A stretch of 64,000 bases of DNA, taken from positions 2,050 through 66,049 of the forward strand of contig NW_021824832.1 in NCBI RefSeq assembly GCF_006345805.1, written 5' to 3'. This document shows positions 1 to 11,475 of the stretch, in pieces. Numbering within the stretch: position 1 is the first letter of the stretch; every line of letters begins with the position of its first letter. The position numbers were made by a program, and so were the translations under genes. Under the pieces are notes generated by a model, which had not been told where the DNA came from, did no database searches, and worked only from the letters and a program-made list of their open reading frames with translations. The DNA comes from Octopus sinensis (taxonomy: Eukaryota).

Positions 1-87
1 CACACACACACACAATATATATATATATATATATATAAAGAGATAGAGAGTGTGAGACAGAGAGAGAGAAAGGTAGAGAAATATATA

Positions 88-690
88 TGAGGTTTGTCAA
101 AATGTTCGTTCGCATTTTAAAGGAAAATACAACACAAGTTTTAAACTTAAAGGGATTATTTCAATTAATGCAATAATAAGGTTTTGATCTAGTATTTTCT
201 GCCTTCTTTTGGGTAGATCCATTGTTCCCTGGTCAAAAATTTCTTTGTCGTTGATGATAAATACCTCTTTCAGGTGAATTTTTACATCTTCCCCCGAGCT
301 AAAGGCCTATGCATTCAATCAACTTTGAAGAGACCGAAATAGGTTGAAATCTGAAGGTGCCAGATCGGGCGAATACACAGGCTGCAGTAAAACTTCCCAG
401 CCAAGCATCTCTAACATCTGCAGCGACTGCCATTAGGATGGTTCTATTCGTGTTAAGGTCGTAAAGCATAACTTTCGTTGGTTATTTGTGGTGGTTCGCC
501 CCGTTTCCCCCAAGATCGTTTGCGCTTCACGTTATAATAGACAAACCATTTTTAGTTCCCGGTAAATATTCACTCCCAAAAAGAATCGTTTTCCTCACAC
601 CTCTCCAAAGCCTAGAATACAGACATCGTTGGACATGTTCTCTCTTCATTCAATTAATGTGGTTCGTGGGTTTAAGGGTCTTGCGATAGG
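88..690 (-). mobile_element. Decayed, internally deleted mariner DNA transposon (transposase relic plus one TIR)
   Basis: Minus translation gives mariner motifs FTGN*KWFVYYNVKRKRSWGKRGEPPQ (TGDEKW-like) and LGWEVLLQPVYSPDLAPSDFNLFRSLQ (HPPYSPDLAP-like), then EDVKIHL..LPKRRQKILDQN. TIR-like tgaggtttgtcaaaatgttcgttcgcatttt at 88-118 follows TA. Stops and frameshifts present. Confidence 0.85.
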
Positions 691-794
691 CTTGATTGGA
701 GGCCCAAACTTCCTATGCAAAGACAGAAACTTTTCATCACCCCCCGTATTTATATATATATATATTATATATATATATGTGTGTGTGTGTGTGT

Positions 795-827
<33 letters not shown>

Positions 828-1121
828 ATATATATATATGCTTGTCTGTCTGTATGCATGTATGTATGTATGTATGTATGTGTATATATATAGTTCAAGT
901 AATATTTCTTGTGATGACGTAATGTAATAGGAACATACAAACAGTGATCAAGCTGACATGAAGTCCTAGCCTCCCCCAGAATTTCAGGCCTTATGCTTAT
1001 AGTAGAAAGTACTGTTAATATTGTTATTGTATTCATATTTAGAAAAAAATAAACAACGAAATGTATCCATCTAACTAGCTACACAGTTTGATAGCTACAT
1101 AGCTAGCTGAATTACTAAAAG

Positions 1122-1123
<2 letters not shown>

Positions 1124-1210
<87 letters not shown>

Positions 1211-1245
1211 GTAGGTAGGTAGATAGATAGATAGATAGATAGATA
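1124..1245 (+). repeat. (GATA)n microsatellite, 3' flank of Tx1-like LINE
   Basis: Direct reading. Confidence 0.95.
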
Positions 1246-4196
1246 TGTTTCTTTATTAGCCACACAGGGCTGCACACAGATAGAACAAATTACAAGGTAG
1301 AGCTTTTCTTTTGGGGGTAAAAAAAAAAGGAGAGTGGTGGTTTTCGATCAAAAGGGATCGTAAAAGGAAAGAAAAAGGACAAAAAAAGGGGAGGGGGTTA
1401 AAAAAGGGGGGGAGAGAAAAAAAATGAATAATAGGGATCGTTATCACAGAAATGTCAATATGAAGTGTAAAGGGGAGGACAGGTGAGGTTTACCCGTGGA
1501 AAGAAAAGCCTACGGAAAAGACCACGGTAACCTCGTTCAATGAAGTCACATGTTATATTTCTTTTTTTTTTTTTGCAATAAGCAACTCTCTGTATTAATT
1601 TTTATGGTTCATAGAATCATAGTCAAGGTGGCTTCGTCATTCATACGTGCCATCCTTGCTACATTCACCCATCTTTTTTAAAACATTCACTAGACAAAAC
1701 TTGCCTCTCTACTCTCACTTTCCTCTTCAAGTGATACTTGAAGAAGTTGATGAGAGATTGACCAGAGAGGAAGTGTTTGTCTCTAATCCTTTCAGGCGCG
1801 TCCACCAGATACATTCTTTCGCCATAGCCACAAGTATGATAAAAATAGCTCTTCCTTCCCGTTTGAAAGAAGGAGGCGTGACGATATTAACGATAGACTC
1901 GGCTGATAAACCGACACGTCCCACACGTGACAGCAGTCGATCGACATAAGCCCACAGGTCGGAAATTGCTGGACACTGCACGATTGCGTGCAGAGCGGTT
2001 TCGTCGCTCTGCCCGCATCTCGGGCAGGTCGGCCGCGTGTTTCTCGAGCCATGCCTATAGAGTTTATCCCGAACGGGTAGCGCTTCTCGGTAGCACCGCC
2101 AGGCCAGGGATCTCTGGAAGTTGTCCATAGGTCCCGGGCCGAAAGTCGTTTGAAACAGGCGGGTCAGGTATTCCTCGTCGACGCCCAGGTTTGCCCCGAG
2201 CTCGTCGTCGTACCTCCCCTCCACTAATCCCCTATAGAATGCTTTGGTTGTGTTGAAGTCACTCAAGGTCGACCCCGGACGGCAGAGTTGCTTGAGAGCA
2301 ACGCGACACTCGCGGTGCCATTCGCCCTTCCTCGGCCTCTTTTTGATCCACGACTGTAGTTCGGTCACGGAGACGAGTTGCGGGAATGCGTGCCTCACAA
2401 ACGGCGACCACACCTGTTCACCGTCGTCTACATAGAGCCGGAGATGTCGCAGTCTCAGCGCGTGTCTGCGCATCATCAACTACGGCATGCCCAGCCCTCC
2501 TATTAACGGGTGTTGACAGCAAATGGATCGCCTGACCATCGGGACGCATCCTTTCCACAAGAAGCGAAAGAGGATGCGTTCTAGTTTGGTGATGGTAGGG
2601 TCGGGACAAGGTACGACGGTCAGGCGGTAGTAGATGATGGACGCGATGTACGCGTTCACCACCTCCGCCCGACCTTTTAGGGACAGTTTCCTCTCGGCTG
2701 GGCGAGAGTGACCACCCTACTCGTTATCTCGTTCCAGTTCTTCTCCATTTGGAGGTCCGGACCGAACCAGACCCCGAGCAACTCAACCGGGCCGTCTGTC
2801 CAGCGTCCCACGACGGAGGTACTGGTGGACGGCATGGGCTTGCTTCTCCAGGTGCCGAGCCGCAAGCCCACTGACTTTTCCCGGTTGATTTTTGCTCCTG
2901 TCACCGCTTCGTAGTCTTTCAGTGTCTCGCCGACCCGCTCGATGTGCTCGTGGCTTGACACTATGACGGTGACGTCGTCCGCGTATGCAGACACGCTCGT
3001 CCCGCATCCCAATTCTCGCGGGATGCCCCTGAGAGTCGCCAGCTTCCGCAGTAGTGGCTCGAGAGTCAATACGTATAGAAGCGCCGAGAGGGGGCATCCC
3101 TGACGGACCGAACGTGCAATGTCGAAAGGTCTCGATAGATGTCCATTTACGCGAATTACCGAACGGATGCCTCTGTACAAGGCAGCTATCCAGCCGCGGA
3201 AGACGGGACCGAAACCAGCCGCTCTCAGGACTGCCTCCAAGTATCGATGGTCTACCCTATCAAAGGCTTTCGATTGATCCAAGTTGATCAGGGCCCCACC
3301 CATGCCAGGTTCGTTAACTACCCTGTCTATGATGTAGCGCATCAGATGGAGGTTTTCATGGATGCTCCGGCCCGGCACGGCGCACGTTTGTGCGTTGTCG
3401 ACCAGTTTCTCGATGACAAGCGCCAACCTCTTGGCTAACACCTTTGTCAAAATTTTCAGGTCTGCATTGAGCAGCGTGATTGGTCTAAAGTTATCTATAA
3501 TGTTCCCTTGTTTGGATCTTTCTTCAGCAGAGTTACAGCTCCTCGACTCACAAAACCGGTATGCTCCCGTTTTGCTGCCAGTTGCAGTATACCGCTGCCA
3601 AGACGTCTCCAAACAAGTCTGGCATACAATTGTAAAACTCGTAGGGTAGACCATCCAAACCCGGTGATTTGTCCCTCGAGCATTCTGCTATCGCTTCCTG
3701 CACTTCCGCCGCCGTGATGGCACCTTCGCAGCACCCTGCCTTTCTTGTCGAGAGTCGTGGCAGGCTATGTAGGTAGGCACTGAAGTCCACCCTACGTTCT
3801 TGCCCTCCACTCGTCCCGAACAGTCGGGCAAAATGCTGCTGAAAGGCCTCACACATTTTACTTGGCTCGAGCAATTCGCGCCCCTGTTCATCTACCAGTG
3901 ACCGAATGGTGGCTTTGTTGCCCTGTTGCGCCTCTGCCACCCGGGCCTCTCTCGCGGCTCCAACACCTTCGTTCCTTAGAGCACGCATCCTAGCTCTGAC
4001 AGCACATCCTTCGTGTTGGCGTTGAAGTGTTGGTCGAGGGCCAACCTCGCCGCCAAAACGTCGGATGCATTGCCGCTTCTAATTGCCTCTTCTAGCTTCT
4101 TAACTAGCTCACCCTCTACTCTATTTCTATCTATGGCTAGTGCTTTGCTGTACCTAATCGCTTCTGCTTTTACTGCTCTCTTGAGGGCAAACCACC
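1246..4196 (-). mobile_element. 5'-truncated Tx1/L1-clade non-LTR retrotransposon (ORF2 linker, RT, CCHC zinc knuckle, 3'UTR)
   Basis: RT motifs NFRPITLLNADLKIL, LDQSKAFDRVDH, RQGCPLS, AYADDV; zf-RVT CPRCGQSDETALHAIVQC; linker GCAVRARMRALRNEG; pyrimidine-rich 3'UTR ending AATAAAGAAA. The endonuclease and ORF1 are missing. Confidence 0.93.
1609..4196 (-). pseudogene. Disrupted ORF2 (reverse transcriptase) of the Tx1-like LINE
   Basis: Track ORFs 3976-4419 (part), 3548-3988, 3495-3734 (part), 2677-3654, 2480-2662 and 1727-2479 join into one ORF2 across several frameshifts and one in-frame TAG (GLGMP*LMMRR, ~2479). The C-terminus continues INFFKYHLKRKVRVER..TLTMIL* to TGA at 1609-1611. Confidence 0.88.
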
Positions 4197-4240
4197 ATAG
4201 ATAGATAGATAGATTTATATACACACCAATAGATAAATAA

Positions 4241-4290
<50 letters not shown>

Positions 4291-4323
4291 CTGTATATAC
4301 ATATATATATACACACACACAAT

Positions 4324-4369
<46 letters not shown>

Positions 4370-4388
4370 CAGAGAGATAGATAGATAA
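4197..4388 (+). repeat. Interrupted (GATA)n array between the two Tx1-like copies
   Basis: Direct reading, with TA/CA interruptions. Confidence 0.9.
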
Positions 4389-4610
4389 GTTTCTTTATTG
4401 GCCACACAGGGCTGCACACAGATGGGACAAGTTACAAGGTAGAGCTTTGGGGGGGGTGAAAGAAACAAAAAACAAAAGTAACAAAAAAAGGGGGTGGCGT
4501 AGGTTTTCGAAAGGGAAGAAAAGAACAAAATAAAATAAAATAAAAAATAAAAAAACAAAAATAAAAAAAAGAAGAAAAAGAAAAGGAACAAAAGAAAAGA
4601 GAAATGAAGA
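4389..4610 (-). mobile_element. Second, 3'UTR-only copy of a related Tx1-like LINE
   Basis: tttctttattggccacacagggctgcacacagatgggacaagttacaaggtagagcttt closely matches 1248-1305; the upstream UTR is diverged and pyrimidine-rich on the minus strand. Confidence 0.88.
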
Positions 4611-4635
4611 GATAGATAGATAGATAGATAGATAT

Positions 4636-4697
<62 letters not shown>
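4611..4697 (+). repeat. (GATA)n array, 5' flank of second Tx1-like copy
   Basis: Direct reading. Confidence 0.95.
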
Positions 4698-5499
4698 TGC
4701 AGTTTGCCCGTCCATCAATTTCACTACTTTGCAATTTAGATATCTTTACACCCATTTTCTTCATGGCGCATTATTCCCGTCATTTGTTAACAAACCGCCC
4801 ATCTGCTTTTTCATACTAACACCCAGCTACATCCTCCATATGCACATCCCTTTCCCTAAACACCACATGCACGAAAATGTCTTTCTCTTCTTCTTCTCCT
4901 CCATGCCGCAATTCTTCATTTCTTGTGTTCTTTCTCGCACCCTGATCCACACTTCTTTGTATTTTTTTTTCTTCCTCTTTCTTGTCAGATTTTTCTACTT
5001 CATCAGTTCTTAATGCAAACCAAAGAAATCAGAAAACGCGACAAAGCATACTTTCCAGATAATTTTTCAGCCGGCAGCAAATATATAGTATGTACACAAT
5101 ATCCAAAAGGAGAGAATGACGCTGGAATCAACGAACCAATCAGAAACCATATAATATCTCACTCCCCAATCTGTTAGGAATTGCGTGTTTTATATATTTA
5201 TAATTTATTTCTTTTATTTCTTTTTTTTTTTATTTTCTCCGTGATTTAAGGTTCTGTTACACAAACTCTGATCTTGTCAAGAATTAATTTTCATCTTAAG
5301 GGACAAAATTGTCTGCTTCCGAAATTCGCTCCCTAAAGCATTGTTCAAAAAGATAGCAGCGAAAATAAAGCTTGATAATGTATATTTTGCTATCATATTT
5401 TATTATTTCATTATCGTCATTATTTTCTTCCTATTATTATCATTGTTGTTGTTATTGCTATTAATATTATTTTTGGAAATAATCATCTTGCTGTTGTTG

Positions 5500-5547
5500 T
5501 TGTTCTTCTTCTTCTTCTAATTATTATTATTATTATTATTATTAATT

Positions 5548-5579
<32 letters not shown>

Positions 5580-5660
5580 TACCATTATTATTAGTAGTAG
5601 TAGTAGTAATAGTAGTAGTAGTAGTAGCAGCAGCAGCAGTAGTGGTGGTGGTGGTGGTAA

Positions 5661-5707
<47 letters not shown>

Positions 5708-5820
5708 ATAGCAGTGGTGGAGGTGGTTTCGTTGTTGTTGTTGGTGGTGGTGGTAGTGGCAGAGGCAGCGGTGGTAAAGATCTGTGTGCGTTTGATTGTT
5801 TGGTGGTGGTGGTGGTGGTA
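5500..5820 (+). repeat. Compound trinucleotide microsatellite (TTA/TCA/TAG/GCA/GTG)
   Basis: Direct reading. Confidence 0.9.
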
Positions 5821-6299
5821 TTTATGTATATCTATGTTTAGTTTGTGAGCAATTTTGCTGCAAAAAAAAGCGGGACGAAAATGGCTAACCAGGAATAAAC
5901 GATAAAATAGTTTAAAAAAACTATATATATATTGTGTGTGTGTGTGTATTTCTTTGCATTCATTTCTTCCTGTTCCTTTTCCTTTTATACAATTTTACAC
6001 TATAGTTTTTGATTTTTATAAGTGATAATAATGTTGTCTTCTTATAAATACTTGCTTTTGGGGCAGAATATGAAGATTGCAAAAGCAAAAAATGGAATCT
6101 ATAAGCAAACATACATCAACGTACGGAAAAGGTAATAACTAAGGGAAGACAAACGCTATTGAAATCTTCGATGCTTTATATATTATTGTATTCTCTTTTC
6201 TTACTACATATACGATTCAACTACGTATTAACCTACCATATATCACACATACATATGTATAATCTCGCGTACGTGCTTGGATATATAGAGAGGCAGACA

Positions 6300-6428
6300 T
6301 ACAGATAGACAGACAAACAGACAGATAGATAGATAGATCGATAGATAGATACGTACATAGTTACATACATACATACATGCATACAAATCTACATAGTTAC
6401 ACAGATAGATACATACATATACACACAC

Positions 6429-6469
<41 letters not shown>

Positions 6470-6479
6470 AGATAGATAG

Positions 6480-6550
<71 letters not shown>

Positions 6551-6596
6551 TACAGACACGTACATACATAGACAGACAGACATATATAGAGAGAGC

Positions 6597-6675
<79 letters not shown>
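6300..6675 (+). repeat. (GATA)n/(TACA)n arrays without LINE insertion
   Basis: Direct reading. Confidence 0.9.
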
Positions 6676-6676
<1 letters not shown>

Positions 6677-7145
6677 AAGGTGTCTCGTAAATAAGTGATG
6701 TTTCAATATGATTCGATATTTTTTCTGGAAATATCCCTCATATATTTAGCCATATTTACATCCTTGACAATTAGTCGGAGAATCTAAGAGATGATACAAA
6801 ATAGTTTCGTTTGTGTAAATTCTTGTGCATTTTCTTCGCTATATAATAATTTCTTCGCATAAATCAATGCAAAAATGCAAATATCCAACCGCAAAGAAGC
6901 AAGCAGTATACAAACTGAGGTGTTTGTATATATGTATGTATGAATAACGTGTGATATATATATACACGCGTGTGTTTGTGTGTATATGTGTGTGTGCATT
7001 GCGTGTGGGCGTTTGTACGGATACTTGAATATGCTTATAAATATATGTTTATACATATTTATATATGCACATATTTATGTAATAAATATGCATATTTACC
7101 TGCTATCATATATATATATATCCTATGATATATATATATATATAT

Positions 7146-7176
<31 letters not shown>

Positions 7177-7410
7177 CGATATGTATACGTAAGATCGAAG
7201 GATCAAAGTGTAGGAAGCTAGTAAATTTCGAGCAGTCTCTTGAAGGTTTAAAAAACAACTTTGAGGAACAACAGTAGTTTATTGACGCAGAAGCTTGTAG
7301 ATTTTTCTCATATCGAAGTTGTATATATATATATGAGGAGATATATAAATAGATACATACTTATAGCGTAGGCACATATATATCTCTACATGTGTATGTA
7401 TATACATATA

Positions 7411-7643
7411 TATTTCTTTACTACCCACTAGGGGCTAAACACAGAGGGGACAAACAAGGATAGACAAAGGGGTTAAGTCGATTACATCGACCCCAGTGCG
7501 TAACTGGTACTTAATTTATCGACCCCGAAAGGATGAAAGGCAAAGTCGACCTCGGCGGAATTTGAACTCAGAACGTAATGACAGACGAAATACGGCTATG
7601 CATTTCGCCCGGCGTGCTAACGATTCTGCCAGCTGGCCGCCTT
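7411..7643 (-). mobile_element. SINE family A (tRNA-like head, Meta-like central domain, Tx1-like 3' tail)
   Basis: A-box-like TGGCAGAATCG and B-box-like GAGTTCAAATTCC; central GGTCGACTTTGCCTTTCATCCTTTCGGGGTCGATAAATTAAGTACCAG; about ten copies in the window. Confidence 0.88.
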
Positions 7644-7891
7644 TGTATATACATATATATATATATATATATACATATACACGAAATATGTGTTCTACAA
7701 GTCCACCGGCTGATGGACTAGCAATGACCTTTTAGTAATATTATTATCGGTAATGATGTTCCGATTGGCGAATATAGCAATCACAATTCCCGCGTTACAA
7801 TTAATGATGCTGCTGCTGCTGATGATGATGACGATGATGATGATCATGATAATAATAATAATAATAATAATAATTATTATTATTATTATTA

Positions 7892-7940
<49 letters not shown>

Positions 7941-7941
<1 letters not shown>

Positions 7942-8617
7942 TATGTTTGGCTTTTGCTTTATATTTGTACAAGTTGGCTCCAGGTCTCACCCAGAGACCT
8001 CAAGAGACAATAAGTAGGAAGTTCACGTTGGTGTTATGCCTAGTGTGCCATATATTTGGTTTTGTACATAGTGTTGTTCTAGAGAATGTTTAAGAAACCA
8101 GAAGAAAATTATGTTTGTTTTAAAACTTGAGATTACATAGAAAGTATTTTGCGTAGGATATGAGCATTTCCCATGAGCACTATCTTTTGAATTTCTGCCA
8201 TTTTTCGGTTTCCTGGTATCTGAGTTAGGTAGCAATCAGCCCCTTTTGCTATCATTCCCAGGGCACCTATGACAACAGGTATTGTTTTACACTTCAGGTT
8301 CCATATTTTGCTGATTTCTATTTCAAGATCTTTATATTTGCTCAGTTTCTGGTAGGTCTTGACAGATACATTTATATCGATTGGGACGTTCATATCAATA
8401 AGGAGGCATAATTTTTGTCTGAAGTCTTTCAATATGATGTCTGGCCTATTTGCATCTATCTTTATGTAAGTTTGAATAGTGAAGTTCCAGAGGAGTGAGA
8501 TATGATCATTTTCAAGCACTGGAGCTGGTTTGTGTTCCCATCAGTTTTTATCGTGGAGCAAGTGAAGGCTTTTGCAAATTACCCAGTGAATATATTGTGA
8601 ATATATTGTGCAGCTCA

Positions 8618-8618
<1 letters not shown>
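7941..8618 (-). mobile_element. 5'-truncated R4/Dong-like LINE (RLE endonuclease C-terminus and 3'UTR) inside (TAA)n
   Basis: ORF 8133-8519 reads LWNFTIQT..IDANRPDIILKD..LLIDMNVP..KLSKYKDLEIEI..TIPVVIGALG (PD..D restriction-like endonuclease); upstream AAQYIHWVICK; (TAA)n on both sides. Confidence 0.88.
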
Positions 8619-8661
<43 letters not shown>

Positions 8662-8704
8662 TTATTATCATATTATTATTATCATTATTTTATTATTATT
8701 ATTA

Positions 8705-8749
<45 letters not shown>

Positions 8750-8810
8750 CATTATTATTATATTATTATTGTTGTTGTTATCATTATTATTATTATTATT
8801 ATTATTATTT
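8619..8810 (+). repeat. (ATT)n microsatellite
   Basis: Direct reading. Confidence 0.95.
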
Positions 8811-9295
8811 TGGTTATATTGGTAATAGCAATAACAATAATATTAGTAAATACCAGAATCGTTTGAAGGGTATTTATATTCATAACAATTATAATAGTTA
8901 TAATAATAAAACAATTACTGTTAATGGTAACCAATGTGACGCCATGGGGAATTGGTATACCTAACACGAATAGTAACTCTAATGATGTCGGCTATTTTTA
9001 TCATGGTAATAATCTACCCGTAACAGCTGAATCTTTGCTTCATCTACATTTTATGTCGGTGGTTGCCTGTCGTCACTCGAATTGAGCCAGTAAAGGAAGA
9101 TATATTTCATTGGCTGCGTGGATAATAATTGAAGCAAACTCAAGACCACTTAACTGAAATATATTTATTACTGGACGTAAAGATATTTGTTCTTGGCTAT
9201 TTACAATGAACAATATTAAGGATCGCTGAATAAGATAAAAAGAAAAAGACCGCGCTGCGTTTGTAAAAGTTACTTAGGAGAAATTGTGTGAATGT

Positions 9296-9600
9296 TCAGT
9301 TCGGTCTGTTCGAGAACCTTGAGTTGTCTGCGCAAATGTCCAGGACCGCGATTAGGGCACGATTTGAGGCGTGTGTCTTTAACATCCTGCGATCAATTGA
9401 GTGGCGAATACAGTCTTTATAGAGGACAAGAGGTTTTATTCCAGGAGAATCAAGAAAACCATATCTCGCCAAAACATTACGCCGATTAGCTGATTTATAG
9501 GCCGATTGCATGAGACTATAGTGGTTTGCTCGTGGTGTCTGGCCGAGTATCTAGTCATTAGGTTTCGAATCACCACACCTGTAGAAATAAATTTCAGTGC
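9296..9600 (-). mobile_element. Possible decayed RTE-clade LINE 3' fragment
   Basis: Minus translation PGIKPLVLYKDCIRHSIDRRMLKTHASNR loosely resembles the RTE C-terminal GRP..YKD..DR region; highly degenerate. Confidence 0.35.
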
Positions 9601-10137
9601 CCTCTGAATAACAGGTGCCTGACGAAAAATATTGTATACATTTGTAATATTCATATTGACCAGAACACTTTTACCTCTTCGATAAAAAATTACGTAACCA
9701 CACTAACACATTTATAAGAAAAGATGAAGCTAAACCCAATCAATTGCTGCAAAACTATTGGAGTTAAAAAATAAAGTCGACTTCATTATTAGCAAGAATA
9801 TTGTGAAACATTGCTCAGCCTTCCGCCAACAATATATATAGTTGTAGGCTCAGACGACGGAAATATATAAAATCCTAAAATTTTACGCCAATGTTATTAA
9901 TAAATTAGACGACCTTGGCATCAAGATACTGCAGTGCTTTTTTTTATTTTAGACCTTTTCCCTCGATCATTTCTCATTACTTTACTCATATGTAGAATCA
10001 TTTGCCATAAAAATTTATCTTTAAAAATACGTTTCTTGACATACCTTTAGGAACTTACCGTCGTAACAGTGAATAAGCTGAAAGCACCGGCCTACATTAG
10101 TTCCTATCAAATAAACATTTCTACAATAAGCGCAAGG

Positions 10138-10279
10138 TCTGACATTTATGGGGATGGGGATAGTCGATTACATTGACCGCAATACTTGACTGGTTCTTAT
10201 TTGATCGACCACGAAAAGATGAAAGGCAAGTCGACCTCGGTGGTATTTGAACTCAGAACTTAGCGGCAAACGAAATACC
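10138..10279 (-). mobile_element. SINE family A, 5'-truncated unit with alternative tail
   Basis: Matches the central domain of family A; abuts the copy at 10280. Confidence 0.75.
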
Positions 10280-10508
10280 TATTTCTTTACTACCCACAAG
10301 GGGCTAAACACAGAAGGGACAAACAAGGACAGACAAACGGATTAAAACGATTACACCGACCCCAGTGCGTAACTGGTACTTATTTAATCGACCCCGAAAG
10401 GATGAAAGGCAAAGTCGACCTCAGTGGAATTTGGACTCCGAACGTAGCGGCAGACGAAATACCGCTAAACATTTCGCCAGGCGTGCTAACGATTCCTCCA
10501 GCTCGACA
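10280..10508 (-). mobile_element. SINE family A, full copy
   Basis: High similarity to 7411-7643. Confidence 0.88.
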
Positions 10509-10699
10509 CCTCGTAGCTCATACGTAATAATGTACGTATATAGTTTTAACTTTGATTCGAGCATGGAGATATTTTTATAATAGTGGCATCATCCTTATCT
10601 CATCTCTCATTACATTTTCTTTATAGTAAATTGCTATCTCATTAAATCCCGTATCAACGGGCAGTAAATATTAAACATTAGTTTGAAGCTTTGGTACAA

Positions 10700-10835
10700 A
10701 GCGAGCAATTTCGGTGTAAGTCGATTACATCGACCCGGTGCTCTAGTGGTACTTATTTTAGCGACCCTGAAATAATAAAAGCAAAGTCGACTTCGCAAGA
10801 ATTTGAACACAGAACGTTGAAACGAGCGAAATGCT
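10700..10835 (-). mobile_element. SINE family A, diverged fragment
   Basis: gtcgattacatcgacc..gcaaagtcgac..atttgaacacagaacg. Confidence 0.65.
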
Positions 10836-11008
10836 GCATTTTGCTCACTGTTGTGTATAAGATATTAAATATTAGATATACAGTAATCCCACGGTTCACC
10901 TATCGCAGTTTATTATTTAAGCTTACGTCGATTCCTCCGTGGTGTTGTTTTGCATTTATAATAAAAAATATATATATATACAAATAATAAAAATAAAAAA
11001 CAGATATA

Positions 11009-11138
11009 TTCAGTCCTACTGCGTGGCACCTTGAGGAAGTGTCTTCTACTATAGCCGGGGGCCGACCAAAGCTTTGGGAGTAGATTTGGTAGACGGAAAC
11101 TGAAAGAAGCTCTTAGTGTATATATCTATATCTATATA

Positions 11139-11194
<56 letters not shown>

Positions 11195-11216
11195 GTGTGT
11201 GTATGTGTGTGTGTGT

Positions 11217-11248
<32 letters not shown>

Positions 11249-11475
11249 CTGTATGCGTGTGTGTATATGTTTGCGTGTCTGTGTTTGTCCCACCAACATC
11301 GCTTGACAACCGATGCTGTTGTGTTTACGTCCCCGTAACCTAGCGATTCTGCAAAAAAAGACCTGTAGAATAAGTACTATGTTTACAAAGAATAAGTCCG
11401 GGGGGGGGGTCGATTTGCTCCAGTATGGCCGCAGTCAAATCACTGAAACATATAAAAGAGTAAAAGAGTAAAAGA
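11009..11475 (+). mobile_element. SINE family B (CORE-like segment, internal TA/TG microsatellite, GTAAAAGA tail)
   Basis: gcgtggcaccttg..aagtgtcttctactatagcc resembles the CORE domain; about nine copies in the window. Confidence 0.85.

Noticed and set aside
5000-5030. CTGATGA-agta-GAAA on minus
   Set aside because: No helix I or III pairing and no NUH site; chance match.
4990-5177. Acceptor-like site followed by an open frame (IFLLHQFLMQTKEIRKRD..)
   Set aside because: No recognisable protein and no partner exon; poly-pyrimidine tracts are common here.
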